A stretch of 64,000 nucleotides of DNA, from contig JBBIOM010000005.1 of NCBI GenBank assembly GCA_037443365.1, forward strand, positions 5,760 through 69,759, written 5' to 3'. The translations under genes were made by a program, and so were the position numbers. This document shows positions 39,219 through 49,355 of the stretch, piece after piece. A model generated the notes under the pieces. That model did no database searches. It was not told where the DNA came from and saw only the letters and a list, made by a program, of their open reading frames with translations. Position 1 is the stretch's first letter; each line of letters starts with the position of its first letter. This DNA is from Armatimonadota bacterium. Its GTDB lineage: Bacteria; Sysuimicrobiota; Sysuimicrobiia; Sysuimicrobiales; Humicultoraceae.

Positions 39219-39872
39219 ATGGAGCGTCTGGCGCTGGCTGCACAGGTTCGTGATGGGGTTGGAAAGGGCGTGGCGAGAAGCCTGCGACGCAGGGGGCTCG
39301 TGCCGGGCGTGGTCTACGGACGCGGCCGAGACCCGCTGCCCGTGGCAGTGGAGGCGAGGGCGCTGTCCTCGGCGCTCCAAACCCACGCCGGGCTGAACGT
39401 GCTCATCGATCTCGACGTAACGGGATCCGGCGCAGATCCCGCTACCGTGATGGTCAAGGAGATCCAGCGCGGTGTTTTCAAGCAAGATATCATCCACGCC
39501 GACTTCCACGTCATCTCTCTCACCGAGACCATTGAGACACGCGTGCGGGTCGCGCTGCGCGGCACCTCCAAGGGCGTCGCCGAGGGCGGCATACTGGAGC
39601 ACCACCTGCGTGAGGTGCTCGTCGAGTGCATGCCTACGCTCATCCCCGAGCAGCTGGAACTGGACGTCACCAACCTGCTCGTGGGGCAGTCGCTGCATGC
39701 CAGCGACCTGGTAGTCCCCGGGGGCGTGACCCTGCTCACGCCTCCCGATGAGGTCATCCTGACGGTCGTCGCTCCCCGCGTGCACGAGGAGGCGGCACCG
39801 GCGGCCGCGGTTGCGGTGGAGGGTGCGCCTGCTGCTACGGCGGTTCCTGAAGCGGCTCCCCAGAAGGAGTAG
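39219..39872 (+). CDS. rplY: 50S ribosomal protein L25 / general stress protein Ctc
   Basis: GKGVARSLRR, VPGVVYG, VKEIQR, HADF, GVAEGG, Ala/Glu-rich tail. Confidence 0.94.
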   Translation: MERLALAAQVRDGVGKGVARSLRRRGLVPGVVYGRGRDPLPVAVEARALSSALQTHAGLNVLIDLDVTGSGADPATVMVKEIQRGVFKQDIIHADFHVISLTETIETRVRVALRGTSKGVAEGGILEHHLREVLVECMPTLIPEQLELDVTNLLVGQSLHASDLVVPGGVTLLTPPDEVILTVVAPRVHEEAAPAAAVAVEGAPAATAVPEAAPQKE

Positions 39873-39960
39873 GGGGCCCTTCCCCGGGCAGGTCGGCCCT
39901 ACGGTCACGGCAGGGGCGCCCGACGGCGCCCCTGCTCGCATGCCGGGCGCAGGAGGGCAC

Positions 39961-40545
39961 ATGCGGCTGATAGTCGGCCTTGGCAATCCGGGACGCCGGT
40001 ACCGCGGCACGCGCCACAACATCGGGTGGGAGGTGCTGGAGGCGCTGGCCCGAGCGTACGGCGTCGCCATCGCGACCGAGGATGGATGGGCGCTCGTGGG
40101 GCGGGGCGCGATCGGTGGACGACGCGTGATGCTTGCCCGGCCAGAGACCTACGTGAATGTGAGCGGCACGGCGGTCGCGCACCTGCGCCGGCGCCACCGC
40201 GTGCCGATGGAGCATCTGATGGTGGTCGCCGACGACCTAGATCTACCGGTGGGCGCCGTGCGCGTGCGTGAGAAAGGGAGCCACGGCGGGCACAACGGCC
40301 TGCGTTCGATCATCGAGGCCCTGGGTACGACGGCCTTCGCCCGCGTGCGCGTGGGCGTTGGCCGTCCCCCGACTGACCAGGATCCCGCGGAGTATGTGCT
40401 CGGCCGGCCCGCAGCGGACGAGCGCGTCCTGCTGGACGAGGCGGTCGCCCGCGCCGCCAGGGGCGTGGAACTGTGGGTAGCCGAGGGCGCGTCCTCGGCC
40501 ATGAACTACTGCAACCCCAGGCGCCGCCAGGATGACAAGGGATGA
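39961..40545 (+). CDS. pth: Peptidyl-tRNA hydrolase
   Basis: LIVGLGNPG, TRHNIG, DDLDL, GGHNGLRS, RVRVGVGRP. Confidence 0.96.
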   Translation: MRLIVGLGNPGRRYRGTRHNIGWEVLEALARAYGVAIATEDGWALVGRGAIGGRRVMLARPETYVNVSGTAVAHLRRRHRVPMEHLMVVADDLDLPVGAVRVREKGSHGGHNGLRSIIEALGTTAFARVRVGVGRPPTDQDPAEYVLGRPAADERVLLDEAVARAARGVELWVAEGASSAMNYCNPRRRQDDKG

Positions 40546-40879
40546 TGGGAGCGCGATCCGACCCACGCGTTCCGCCGGGACAGCGTGTCACCAGGGATTG
40601 GCCCGTTCTCCACTATGGCGCCGTGCCGGAGTTCGACCCCGCGACCTGGGACTTTCGGATCTTCGGGCTGGTTGAGGAGCGGGTGCGTCGTGAGGCGCGG
40701 TTCGCGATGGTGCACGCCGAGGCCGGGTTTGAGACGAACCTGCCCCTTTCTGGAAGAGCGCCAAGTGGGTACGCGGCATCGAGTTGATGACCGAAGACCG
40801 GCCAGGGTTCTGGGAGAAGAACGGCTATCACATGCGCGGCGATCCATGGAAGGAGGAGCGCTACTCTCCGCCGTGGTGA
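40545..40879 (+). pseudogene. Sulfite-oxidase-like molybdopterin oxidoreductase (YuiH-like) relic with two internal deletions and a frameshift
   Basis: RVPPGQ..WPVLHYG..WDFRIFGLVEE | ..GFETNLPL | frame change to [39 protein letters not shown]; the Moco-binding Cys segment is absent. Confidence 0.8.
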
Positions 40880-42081
40880 AACCGCAGACCTTCGCGCCGC
40901 TCCGCCAGCGCAACTTCCGGCTGCTCTGGACCGGCCTGCTGGTTTCCAACACCGGGTCGTGGATGCAGTTCACCGCGCTCGGGTACCTCGTTGATCAGAT
41001 CACGAAGGATCCCCTCTACCTGGGATTGTTGGGCCTGGCTCAGGCGCTGCCACGGTTGCTCTTCGCGTTCCTGGGAGGGGTGGCGGCCGATCGCTTCGAC
41101 CGGCGTCGCGTGTTGCTGTGGACGAACGGCGCCACCATGGTCGCCGCGCTCCTGCTGGGCATGCTGGCGGTCTCGGGACGCATACAGGTCTGGCAGATCC
41201 TGACGATCGGCGCCTTCAACTCCCTGGCCAGCTCCTTCGACATGCCGGCCAGGCAGTCGCTCGTCCCATCGCTTGTGGGCGAGCGCCAGCTGATGCAGGC
41301 CGTCAGTCTCAACGCCATGGCGTTCAACGGTTCGGGCATATTTGGCCCGTCGCTGGGCGGGGTGCTGATCGCCGCGGTTGGGGTGGCCGGCTGCTTCTTC
41401 GCCAATGCCGCGAGCTACGTGGCCGTGATCGCAGCGCTCTGGCTGATGGAGGTGCCCTCTGGGAGCGCCAAGAGCCGTGCGTCGCTGGGGGAGGACGTAA
41501 GGCAGGGCGTGGGGTTGCTCATTCGGCACCGCCACCTGCTGGCGATCCTCTCGATCGTCGCGGTGGTCAGCTTCTTCGGCCGTCCCTACATCCGCCTGAT
41601 GCCCACGCTGGCCCGCGAGGTGCTGCGCGTGGGCCCCTCTGGCCTCGGCCTGCTGCAGGCCGCGCCCGGAGTCGGCACGATCCTGGCGGTGTTCCTGCTG
41701 GGCTCCATCGGCGATGCGGCGCAGAAGGGCAAGCTCCTGATCGGCGCGGCGATGGCGACCGGTGCCATGGTGGTGCTGTTCGCGCTGTCCCCGTGGTTCG
41801 CCGCCTCGATGGCGCTCCTGGTGCTGGTCGGGGCAAGTCAGGCAGTAACGATGGCCGCGGCCAATACACTTCTGCAGACGAGCGTGCAGCCCGACGAGCG
41901 TGGGCGCATAATGGGGCTCTACGGCATGGTGACCTTCGGAATGGTCGCGCTGGGCACGCTGCCGCTCGGCGCCCTGGCCGGGATTGTCGGAGTGCCGCTG
42001 ACCCTGGGGCTGGGAGGGGCAGTGGTCATCGCGCTCGTTGGGGGGCTCGCGCTGGCGTCGCCGAGGCTCACCGGCCTGTAG
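40873..42081 (+). CDS. MFS transporter
   Basis: [21 protein letters not shown] motif A, about 12 TM helices, RGRIMG; start trimmed to GTG at 40873/40876. Confidence 0.9.
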   Translation: MVKPQTFAPLRQRNFRLLWTGLLVSNTGSWMQFTALGYLVDQITKDPLYLGLLGLAQALPRLLFAFLGGVAADRFDRRRVLLWTNGATMVAALLLGMLAVSGRIQVWQILTIGAFNSLASSFDMPARQSLVPSLVGERQLMQAVSLNAMAFNGSGIFGPSLGGVLIAAVGVAGCFFANAASYVAVIAALWLMEVPSGSAKSRASLGEDVRQGVGLLIRHRHLLAILSIVAVVSFFGRPYIRLMPTLAREVLRVGPSGLGLLQAAPGVGTILAVFLLGSIGDAAQKGKLLIGAAMATGAMVVLFALSPWFAASMALLVLVGASQAVTMAAANTLLQTSVQPDERGRIMGLYGMVTFGMVALGTLPLGALAGIVGVPLTLGLGGAVVIALVGGLALASPRLTGL

Positions 42082-42087
42082 CGCGGG

Positions 42088-43506
42088 CTATCTCTGGGTC
42101 GGCCTGCGCAGGGCAACGAGCATCGCCGAAACCCGCCTCTCGCCGCCCCGCGGCAGCGCGCTGACAACGCGCCCGCCGACCACCAGCGTCGCCGATCCTC
42201 CGCCGTCCAGGTTCATCGCCTCGCGGGCGCCAAGCGAGCGCATCAGCGCCGCGAGCTCCGCCAGATTCATCCCTGTGCTCTCGGGGCGCCCATGACGCGT
42301 CACCGTCCGGTCCACCGTCACGAACAGAACACCCCCTGTGCCGGTGATGCCCACGGCGGCCCGCGCGGCGCGTCTCGCGGCGAACCCCCTCCCGAATCCC
42401 TCCCAGGCGTAGGGTACCTCGACCACACCACCGCGAACGAGACGCGGACCGCCCTGAATGGCGTGGCGAAGGCCTGCGGGCTCCAGCGCCAGATGCACCG
42501 TGACACGCTGCCCGCGCACCACGTTTGTCAGCAGGTGCTGCTGCCCTGCCGCCGCAGCGAGCGCGTAGCCGTCAGGAGGGACGGGAGGCCGCCCGCTCTG
42601 AAACGACGCGATCCGCCCGCCGCGCACGATTGCCACCAGCGCCTGGGGCGGGGTCTCGGGCCCGAACTCGGGCGTGTAGAGCGCAACCCCATCTGCGCGC
42701 GGTGGCCGGTTCACGGCTGTGATCGGGACCTCCATTCCGGTGTCCGCCATCAGGCGTCCCTTGAATCTCACCGTACCGATCCACGCCCTGCCCGCCGCAT
42801 CCACTCCAAAGGCCGTGCGGCGCGGCAGGGGCGCGGACAGGATGCGTCCCTCGTGCACGACCAGTCCCAGCGGCAGGCCTGCGCGCGAGTAGTAGTTGCC
42901 GTTGATGGCGGCCGCGGCCTCCAGCCGGGAGGCGGCCGTGCTGGTGGCCTCGGTCGCGGCCACCGCACCTCCGCCCAGCGCCGAGCGGATCTCGATTCCC
43001 GGAGCGCGTGGATTCAGAGTGACGACGTGCACGCGTGCCCGTCCCGCGCCGGTTGCGACGCGGAGCGACCGGTACGCCACGCCCTGCGGGAGCGCGGTTG
43101 CGCCCTGCCGGTGCGGAAAGAGCGCTACCGTCAGCCGGTCACCCCGAGCGAAGACCTTGAACCGACCCTGTTTCCTCAGGCCGATCACCAGGCGGGCGAC
43201 CCCGGGGGTGAGCCGGCTCAGCCGGATTGATGAGACATTGCCTTCTGCAACGACAGCCGTGCGGTCGCCTTCGTGCCGGACGTTCCACATGTCCACGACC
43301 ACTGCGCGCTGCGAGGAGAAGGTGCGGTGGCGCACCGGCGCGGAGGTCCGTAGCGTCACCGTTGTAGACTCGCCGTGCCGCCCCCAGCGGAGATCGAGGA
43401 TTCGGGAGGGTGTGCTGGCCTCGGCGGCACACGATGGGCGCCCCGCGAGCAGGAGGCCGGCGCAGATGCCCAGGACGAGTATTCGGCGTAGTGTGCGACG
43501 ATGCAT
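42088..43506 (-). CDS. Secreted phosphodiester glycosidase (NAGPA/DUF2233) family protein
   Basis: Signal peptide; AAINGNYY, GGPRLV, ARAAVG, AMNLDGGGS. Confidence 0.85.
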   Translation of the reverse strand: MHRRTLRRILVLGICAGLLLAGRPSCAAEASTPSRILDLRWGRHGESTTVTLRTSAPVRHRTFSSQRAVVVDMWNVRHEGDRTAVVAEGNVSSIRLSRLTPGVARLVIGLRKQGRFKVFARGDRLTVALFPHRQGATALPQGVAYRSLRVATGAGRARVHVVTLNPRAPGIEIRSALGGGAVAATEATSTAASRLEAAAAINGNYYSRAGLPLGLVVHEGRILSAPLPRRTAFGVDAAGRAWIGTVRFKGRLMADTGMEVPITAVNRPPRADGVALYTPEFGPETPPQALVAIVRGGRIASFQSGRPPVPPDGYALAAAAGQQHLLTNVVRGQRVTVHLALEPAGLRHAIQGGPRLVRGGVVEVPYAWEGFGRGFAARRAARAAVGITGTGGVLFVTVDRTVTRHGRPESTGMNLAELAALMRSLGAREAMNLDGGGSATLVVGGRVVSALPRGGERRVSAMLVALRRPTQR

Positions 43507-43686
43507 GGGCGGACCCAAGGAGCAGCGTGATCGGCCGTTTTGAACTGCCCGCAGGCGGTTTATGCGCCCGGGGGAGCGAATCCTGCAAGGACGCGCCGGG
43601 ACCCTGGCGGCTCCTTGCCTCCACAGGGTAGATGTCATCTGCTAGGATGAAGGTCGGCAGGACCGCGCGGGGAGCCCGTGTCATCT

Positions 43687-44124
43687 ATGTCTCTCAACCT
43701 GGACCTGATCCGTACCCGTTCCGCCGACATCCGGCGCGAGCTCGAGATGCTGCGTGCGTACGCGGCGCTGGACGCGGGGGTCTTCTCGACCGATCCCGAG
43801 AAGGTAAGGGCCGCACGGTACAGTCTGACCGTCGTGGTCGAGGCCGCCGCGGCCATCTGCAACCACCTGGTCGCCCGCCGGGGCCGTGTCTCCGAGAGCT
43901 ACCCCGGATGCTTTCATATCCTGGGAGAGCTGGGGATTGTTGCCGCTTCCCTTGCCACCAGCCTTGCTGCCATGGCGCGGCTTCGCAACCTCCTCGTGCA
44001 CGGCTACGGTCGCGTGGATGACAGGCGGCTGCATCAAGTCCTCCGGCAGGACCTGGGCGACCTGGAGGCGTTCCTGACCGCGGTTGGGGCCTACGTGTCC
44101 TCCACGGGTGGTGGGTCACCGTGA
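43687..44124 (+). CDS. HEPN (DUF86/HepT-like) ribonuclease toxin
   Basis: RNLLVHGY (Rx4HxY) motif; ESYPGCFHILGE. Confidence 0.87.
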   Translation: MSLNLDLIRTRSADIRRELEMLRAYAALDAGVFSTDPEKVRAARYSLTVVVEAAAAICNHLVARRGRVSESYPGCFHILGELGIVAASLATSLAAMARLRNLLVHGYGRVDDRRLHQVLRQDLGDLEAFLTAVGAYVSSTGGGSP

Positions 44125-44615
44125 AGGAAGAGCCGCTCGCAGGAGCGCTGAAGCACCACCGTCTCTCGGCATCCGAACGTGAGGACGTGTTGGAGCGCGT
44201 TGCCGGGTGTCTTGCGGCTGAGGGCGCTGTCCTGTTTGCCTACGCGCTTGGCTCGTTCGTTGAGGGCCGGCCCTTCGGGGACGTTGATGTGGCCGTCTTC
44301 CTCGACCTGGAACGCTGCCCGGAGGCGGGTATGTTGGCCCTGCAGCTCGATCTGGCAGACCGACTGGAGAAGGCGGCGGGCCTGCCGGTTGACGTGGTGT
44401 TGCTCAACGGTGCTCCGCTTGGCATCCGGATGGCCGCCGTGCGCGGGCGCGTGGCCTACTCACGCGACGATGCAGGTCGCCTGGCCTTCCTCGAAGCCAC
44501 CTGCCTGGAGACCATGGACATGGCCTACCTGCGCGGCGAGACCCTGCGCGAATTGCTGGGTATCGGTACTAGGACCGCGTCGGCCGGGCCAGACCGCGCC
44601 GCAACAGTATCGTGA
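44121..44615 (+). CDS. Minimal nucleotidyltransferase (MntA-like) antitoxin
   Basis: FAYALGSF..GDVDVAV and VDVVLLNGAP; GTGA overlap with the HEPN gene. Confidence 0.85.
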   Translation: MKEEPLAGALKHHRLSASEREDVLERVAGCLAAEGAVLFAYALGSFVEGRPFGDVDVAVFLDLERCPEAGMLALQLDLADRLEKAAGLPVDVVLLNGAPLGIRMAAVRGRVAYSRDDAGRLAFLEATCLETMDMAYLRGETLRELLGIGTRTASAGPDRAATVS

Positions 44616-45018
44616 CCGTCCGCGACGCCTGCCTTTCCTCAACCGTGACGATGTAGAACTCCCTGCGCTTGGCGTCGGCGAGGAACCGGTTGTACACCCT
44701 GCCCGCGCTCTTGGGCGCCTCGCTCTCGAAGGTGGACGTCCAGCCGCTGATCGCCAACTTCGCGTAGAAATCCCGCACCTGCTCGTACGGCGCACTGCTG
44801 CGCAGCTCGACCTGCGACCACTCCGCTCGAGGGAAGCCGTACGCCTCGCCGACCAGCGACGTCCTGCCCACGCGCGTGGAGCCCGGGAAGTAGGGGAGGT
44901 CACCCAGCCGATCGCCTCGCGTGCAGGCGGCAGCGACGATCAGCGCGGGCAGGAGGACCAGCAAGGACAGGATGGTAGGTACCTCGACTGCCCGCTTGCG
45001 GGTGATCGGCCTGTCCAT
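44569..45018 (-). CDS. Hypothetical lipoprotein
   Basis: Hydrophobic stretch ending IVAAAC, then DLPYFPGS; start uncertain. Confidence 0.55.
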   Translation of the reverse strand: MDRPITRKRAVEVPTILSLLVLLPALIVAAACTRGDRLGDLPYFPGSTRVGRTSLVGEAYGFPRAEWSQVELRSSAPYEQVRDFYAKLAISGWTSTFESEAPKSAGRVYNRFLADAKRREFYIVTVEERQASRTVTILLRRGLARPTRS

Positions 45019-45090
45019 CGCGAATATCGTATCGTCCCGCACCAGGGCGGTCAAACGCGGGGAGAGACGCTGGGGGAGGACGGCTGACAC

Positions 45091-47727
45091 ATGCGAAGGC
45101 TCAAGATCGCGCTGTGGACCCTCATCGGCGTCTTCTTCGTGGTGGGACCCCTGATCGCGCGCTGGTACACCGACTGGCTGTGGTTCGCCGAGGTCGGTTA
45201 CCTGCGGGTCTTCTGGGTGCCGTTCCTATCGAGGGCCGCGCTGGCGCTCGTGGTGGCGGTCGCGGTCTGGCTGCTGTTGGTGCTCAACCTGCGGCCGGCG
45301 CGCGATGCGTGGGGCGGGCGTGGCCGCTGGCTGGGTTGGATCACGGCCGCGGTGGCGGTGCTGGCCGGCCTGTCGGCCTCGAACGAGTGGGTGGCCGTCC
45401 AGCAGTTCCTGCATGCCCGGGCATTCGGCGAGACGGATCCGCTCTTCGGGCGCGACGTGGGATTCTACGTCTTCCGCCTGCCTGTCTACCGCATGCTGGC
45501 CGACGGCCTGTTTGCCTGGCTCGCGCTGACCGCCGGCGCCGTCGCGCTGGGGTACGGGGCCGCCCACGGACGGCTCGCGCTGCGCGGAATCTGGACGGCA
45601 CCCCCGCGGGCGCGCGCGCACCTCTCTGCGCTGTTGGGAGCGACGGTGCTCGCGCGCGCCGCCGGGTTCTGGCTGGACGCCTTCGACCTCCTCTACTCGT
45701 CGCGCGGTCCGGTCTTCGGGGCTGCGTTCACCGATGTCCATGCCGTGCTGCCTGCGCTGCGGGTGCTGGCCCTGCTCTTCGCCGCGTGCGGGCTGCTGCT
45801 CGTTGCCAACGCCTGGCTGCGCACGGCGCGCCTGGCGATCTGGACGGTTGTGCTGATCGTCGTGGCCTGGGTCTTGGGCCTCGTCGTGTATCCGGGTCTC
45901 GTTCAGGCGCTGCGCGTGCGGCCCAACGAGCTGACCGCCGAGGCGCCGTTCATCCGGCACGCGATAGCCGGGACGCTGCGGGGATTCGGGCTGGACCGGG
46001 TGCGAGAGCGCGAGTTCAACACAGAGCCGCTCGATGCCGCGGCGATCGCGCGAAACAGGGCTACCGTCGAGAATGTGCGGCTGTGGGACTACCGGCCGCT
46101 GCTGCGGGCCTACGGGCAACTCCAGACGCTGCGGCAGTACTACGCCTTCTCCGATGTGGACATAGACCGCTACACGATCGGCGGCGCGCAGCGACAGGTG
46201 ATGCTCGCGCCGCGCGAGCTGGCCCCTGGCCGGCTGGCTCCCCAGGCGCGCACATGGGTCAACCAGCACCTTGTCTACACTCACGGCTACGGGTTGGTGA
46301 TGTCGCCGGTCAACCGCGTCTCGCCCGAGGGGATGCCCGAGTTCCTGGTTCGGGACATCCCGCCCGAGACGGTTCCGGATCTACCGATCGCGCGACCCGA
46401 GATCTACTTCGGGGAGATGACAACGGACTACGTGGTGGTGAACACCAACGTCCGCGAACTCGACTACCCGCGCGGTGACGAGAATGTCTACGCGCACTAC
46501 CAGGGCCGGGGCGGGATCCGGCTCGGCTATCTCGCGCGCCTGGCCCTGGCCTACAGGTTCGGAGACGCCCGGCTGCTCTTGTCCGCGGACATCGGCCGGG
46601 ACAGTCGGCTGATCTTCGCCCGGCAGATCGGTGCGCGCGTGACGCGCATCGCCCCGTTCCTGCGCTATGATCGCGACCCCTACCTGGTGCTCGCCGAAGG
46701 TCGGCTCTTCTGGATCATCGACGCCTACACGGCCACCGATCGCTACCCGTACGCGACGCGTTACGGCGACGTCAACTACATGCGCAACAGCGTAAAGGTC
46801 GTGGTGGACGCCTACGACGGCGCCGTGACCTTCTACCAGGTGCTCCCGGACGAACCGATCGCCCGCACCCTGGCCGCCATCTTCCCCGACCTGTTCCGGC
46901 CGGCGGATCGGATGCCGCCGGCGCTTGCCGCCCACCTGCGCTATCCCGTTGACCTCTTCGAGCTCCAGGCTCAGGTGTACGCGACGTTTCACATGCGCGA
47001 CCCGCAGGTGTTCTACAACAAGGAGGACGTCTGGGCGATCCCTCGTGAGCTCGTCGGCCGGGAGGCGGTGAGCGTCGAGCCCTACTACGTGACGATGCGC
47101 CTCGCCGAGGGCACGGCGCCCGAGTTCGTGCTCATGCTGCCGCTTGTCCCCTCGGGCCGAGACAACATGATCGCCTGGATGGCGGCGCGCAACGACGCGC
47201 CGAACTACGGCGAACTGATCGTTTACAGGTTTCCCAAGGCGCGCGTGGTGTTTGGGCCGATGCAGGTGGAGGCCCGCATAGACCAGGACCCCTTCATCTC
47301 CCAGCAGTTGACGCTGTGGAACCAGCTGGGTTCGCAGGCAATCCGTGGCAACCTGCTGGTGATCCCGATCGAGAGCGGCCTGCTCTATGTCGAGCCGCTC
47401 TTCCTCCAGGCTGAACGCAGCCAGATGCCCGAGCTGAAGCGCGTGATCGTTGCCAGCGGCGCCCGTATCGCGATGGCGCCGACCCTGGAGGCGGCGCTGG
47501 GCGAGTTGTTTGGAGCGCAGCCGCCGGGTGGGCCATCGCCAGCGCGGCCAGTCCCTTTGGCGATCCCTGGAGCGCCGGCTGGCGACGTGCGGACGCTGGC
47601 CGAGGAGGCGCTGGCTGCCTACGGCAGGGCGCAGGAACGCCTGCGCGCGGGCGACCTGGGAGGATACGCCCAGGAGATCGAGCGCCTGGGGCAAGTACTG
47701 CAGCGGTTGCGCGCGGCCACGCAGTAG
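45091..47727 (+). CDS. UPF0182 family membrane protein
   Basis: YTDWLWF, DPLFGRDVGFYVF, NVRLWD, YTHGYG, NYMRNSVK, RGNLLVIP, LYVEP. Confidence 0.93.
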   Translation: MRRLKIALWTLIGVFFVVGPLIARWYTDWLWFAEVGYLRVFWVPFLSRAALALVVAVAVWLLLVLNLRPARDAWGGRGRWLGWITAAVAVLAGLSASNEWVAVQQFLHARAFGETDPLFGRDVGFYVFRLPVYRMLADGLFAWLALTAGAVALGYGAAHGRLALRGIWTAPPRARAHLSALLGATVLARAAGFWLDAFDLLYSSRGPVFGAAFTDVHAVLPALRVLALLFAACGLLLVANAWLRTARLAIWTVVLIVVAWVLGLVVYPGLVQALRVRPNELTAEAPFIRHAIAGTLRGFGLDRVREREFNTEPLDAAAIARNRATVENVRLWDYRPLLRAYGQLQTLRQYYAFSDVDIDRYTIGGAQRQVMLAPRELAPGRLAPQARTWVNQHLVYTHGYGLVMSPVNRVSPEGMPEFLVRDIPPETVPDLPIARPEIYFGEMTTDYVVVNTNVRELDYPRGDENVYAHYQGRGGIRLGYLARLALAYRFGDARLLLSADIGRDSRLIFARQIGARVTRIAPFLRYDRDPYLVLAEGRLFWIIDAYTATDRYPYATRYGDVNYMRNSVKVVVDAYDGAVTFYQVLPDEPIARTLAAIFPDLFRPADRMPPALAAHLRYPVDLFELQAQVYATFHMRDPQVFYNKEDVWAIPRELVGREAVSVEPYYVTMRLAEGTAPEFVLMLPLVPSGRDNMIAWMAARNDAPNYGELIVYRFPKARVVFGPMQVEARIDQDPFISQQLTLWNQLGSQAIRGNLLVIPIESGLLYVEPLFLQAERSQMPELKRVIVASGARIAMAPTLEAALGELFGAQPPGGPSPARPVPLAIPGAPAGDVRTLAEEALAAYGRAQERLRAGDLGGYAQEIERLGQVLQRLRAATQ

Positions 47728-47742
47728 AAGTAGGTGGGGCGC

Positions 47743-48249
47743 ATGGTACGGGCCGTATGTGCCGTTCTCCTGCTCCTGTCTCTCCCCGCCGCCGGGGCCG
47801 CCCGGCAGCCCGGCATCTGGCTGATCGTGCCGGGCGAGGCGATCGGTCCGGTGAGGATCGGCATGACCCTGGCCCAGGTGAGGGGTCAGGGCACCCGCCT
47901 TCCCTGTGAGATCGCGGTGATCTACACCGCTGGCCTCGCCAGCCGTCTCGAGACCAACTGCGGGGTGGCCTATCAGACGCCCGAGGGAATCACGGTCGGC
48001 CTGGACGGCTCGCGCATCTGGTGGGTGCACGGCGCGCCCGACCAGACGGTGCCGAGCAACTTCGCCGGAGTGCGCGCCGACTGGTTCCTCTACCGCGGCG
48101 AGGGCATCGGGTTCCGTGTGATCTACGCCGAGGGCGGCACCTTGATCCAGGCGATAGCGATCTTCAAGGGCACGGGCGCCGCGACCGTGCGGCGCCCGCC
48201 GGCCTCCCCGGTTGGGCCCTCTGTGCAGCCCCCGGTGCTGGGCGACTAG
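47743..48249 (+). CDS. Hypothetical secreted protein
   Basis: Signal peptide; IVPGEAIGPVRIGMT and TPEGITVG repeat-like motifs. Confidence 0.65.
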   Translation: MVRAVCAVLLLLSLPAAGAARQPGIWLIVPGEAIGPVRIGMTLAQVRGQGTRLPCEIAVIYTAGLASRLETNCGVAYQTPEGITVGLDGSRIWWVHGAPDQTVPSNFAGVRADWFLYRGEGIGFRVIYAEGGTLIQAIAIFKGTGAATVRRPPASPVGPSVQPPVLGD

Positions 48250-49355
48250 GCGGCGAACCTGGCCATCCGCACCGTGTGCCGCTCGACGCGCTCGGGAACA
48301 ACCCGCACGCCCAGGCCGACGCCAGAGGGCACCGTGATCGTCCCGTCGTTGTTCAGCGTGATCGGCGGGTCAATCAGGTCCTCCTCGAAGTAGCGGTCGC
48401 TGGCCGAGAGGTCGGCCGGCAGCGTGAAGTTCGGCAGCGAGCACAGCGCCAGGTTGGCCGCCCGGCCGATGCCGGTCTCCAGCATGCCTCCGCACCACAC
48501 CGGGACGCCCTGCTCCCGGCAGAGGTCGTGGATGGCCACGGCCGCGGCGAGCCCGCCGCAGCGCGCCTGCTTGATGTTGATCACCCGGCATGATCCCAGC
48601 TCGAGAGCCGCCCGGGCCGCGCGCTCGTGCACGATGGATTCGTCCAGGCAGATCGGCGTGCGGATCTGGGCCTGCAGCCGGGCGTGGTTCACCAGGTCGT
48701 CTTCCTCGAGCGGCTGCTCGATCAAGAGCAGCGCGTACGAGTCCATGGCCCGGAAGGTGTTGGCGTCGGCCAGGCTGTACGCGGAGTTGGCGTCCACCTG
48801 GAGCAGGATGTCGCCGAAGCGCTCGCGGATCACGCGCACGGGCTCGAGGTCCCATCCCGGTTTGATCTTGATCTTGATGCGCCGGTAGCCCCGACCGAGG
48901 TAGTCGGCGACGCGCGAGAGCAGGTCTCCCACGGTCGGCTCGATTCCCAGGCTGACCCCCACCGGTACCGTGACCCGCTCGCCGCCCAGCAGCCGCGACA
49001 GTGACCGCCCCTGATGCTGCGCCGCGATGTCCCACAGCGCGGCCTCCAGCCCAGCCTTGGCCATGTGATGCCTGCGGATGTGCTCGGCGCCCGAGGCGAA
49101 CGCCTGCGGCGTTGGGACCGGTCGCCCAAGCAGCGGCGGTATCAGGAACTTCTCCAGCACCGACCAGGCGGTGTCCGTCGTCTCCTCGTTGTAGAGCGGA
49201 GCGCTCATGGCCGGGGTCTCGCCCCAACCCTCCAAGCCGCCGGCCTGCACGCGCACGAGCAGGCACACCTTGTTCTCGTCGCGCCCGAACGAAGTCTCAA
49301 ACGGCGCGCGCAGCTTCATCGCGATCTCGCGCAGTTCAACGGCTTCGACCCTCAT
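48246..49355 (-). CDS. menC: N-succinylamino acid racemase / o-succinylbenzoate synthase (enolase superfamily)
   Basis: APFETSFG, KIKIKPG (KxK), DANSAY, IEQPL, CLDES, WCGGMLE. Confidence 0.9.
   Translation of the reverse strand: MRVEAVELREIAMKLRAPFETSFGRDENKVCLLVRVQAGGLEGWGETPAMSAPLYNEETTDTAWSVLEKFLIPPLLGRPVPTPQAFASGAEHIRRHHMAKAGLEAALWDIAAQHQGRSLSRLLGGERVTVPVGVSLGIEPTVGDLLSRVADYLGRGYRRIKIKIKPGWDLEPVRVIRERFGDILLQVDANSAYSLADANTFRAMDSYALLLIEQPLEEDDLVNHARLQAQIRTPICLDESIVHERAARAALELGSCRVINIKQARCGGLAAAVAIHDLCREQGVPVWCGGMLETGIGRAANLALCSLPNFTLPADLSASDRYFEEDLIDPPITLNNDGTITVPSGVGLGVRVVPERVERHTVRMARFAA

Noticed and set aside
40585-40872. 96-aa N-terminal extension of the MFS transporter
   Set aside because: It is an off-frame reading of the oxidoreductase pseudogene; MFS similarity begins at about 40873.
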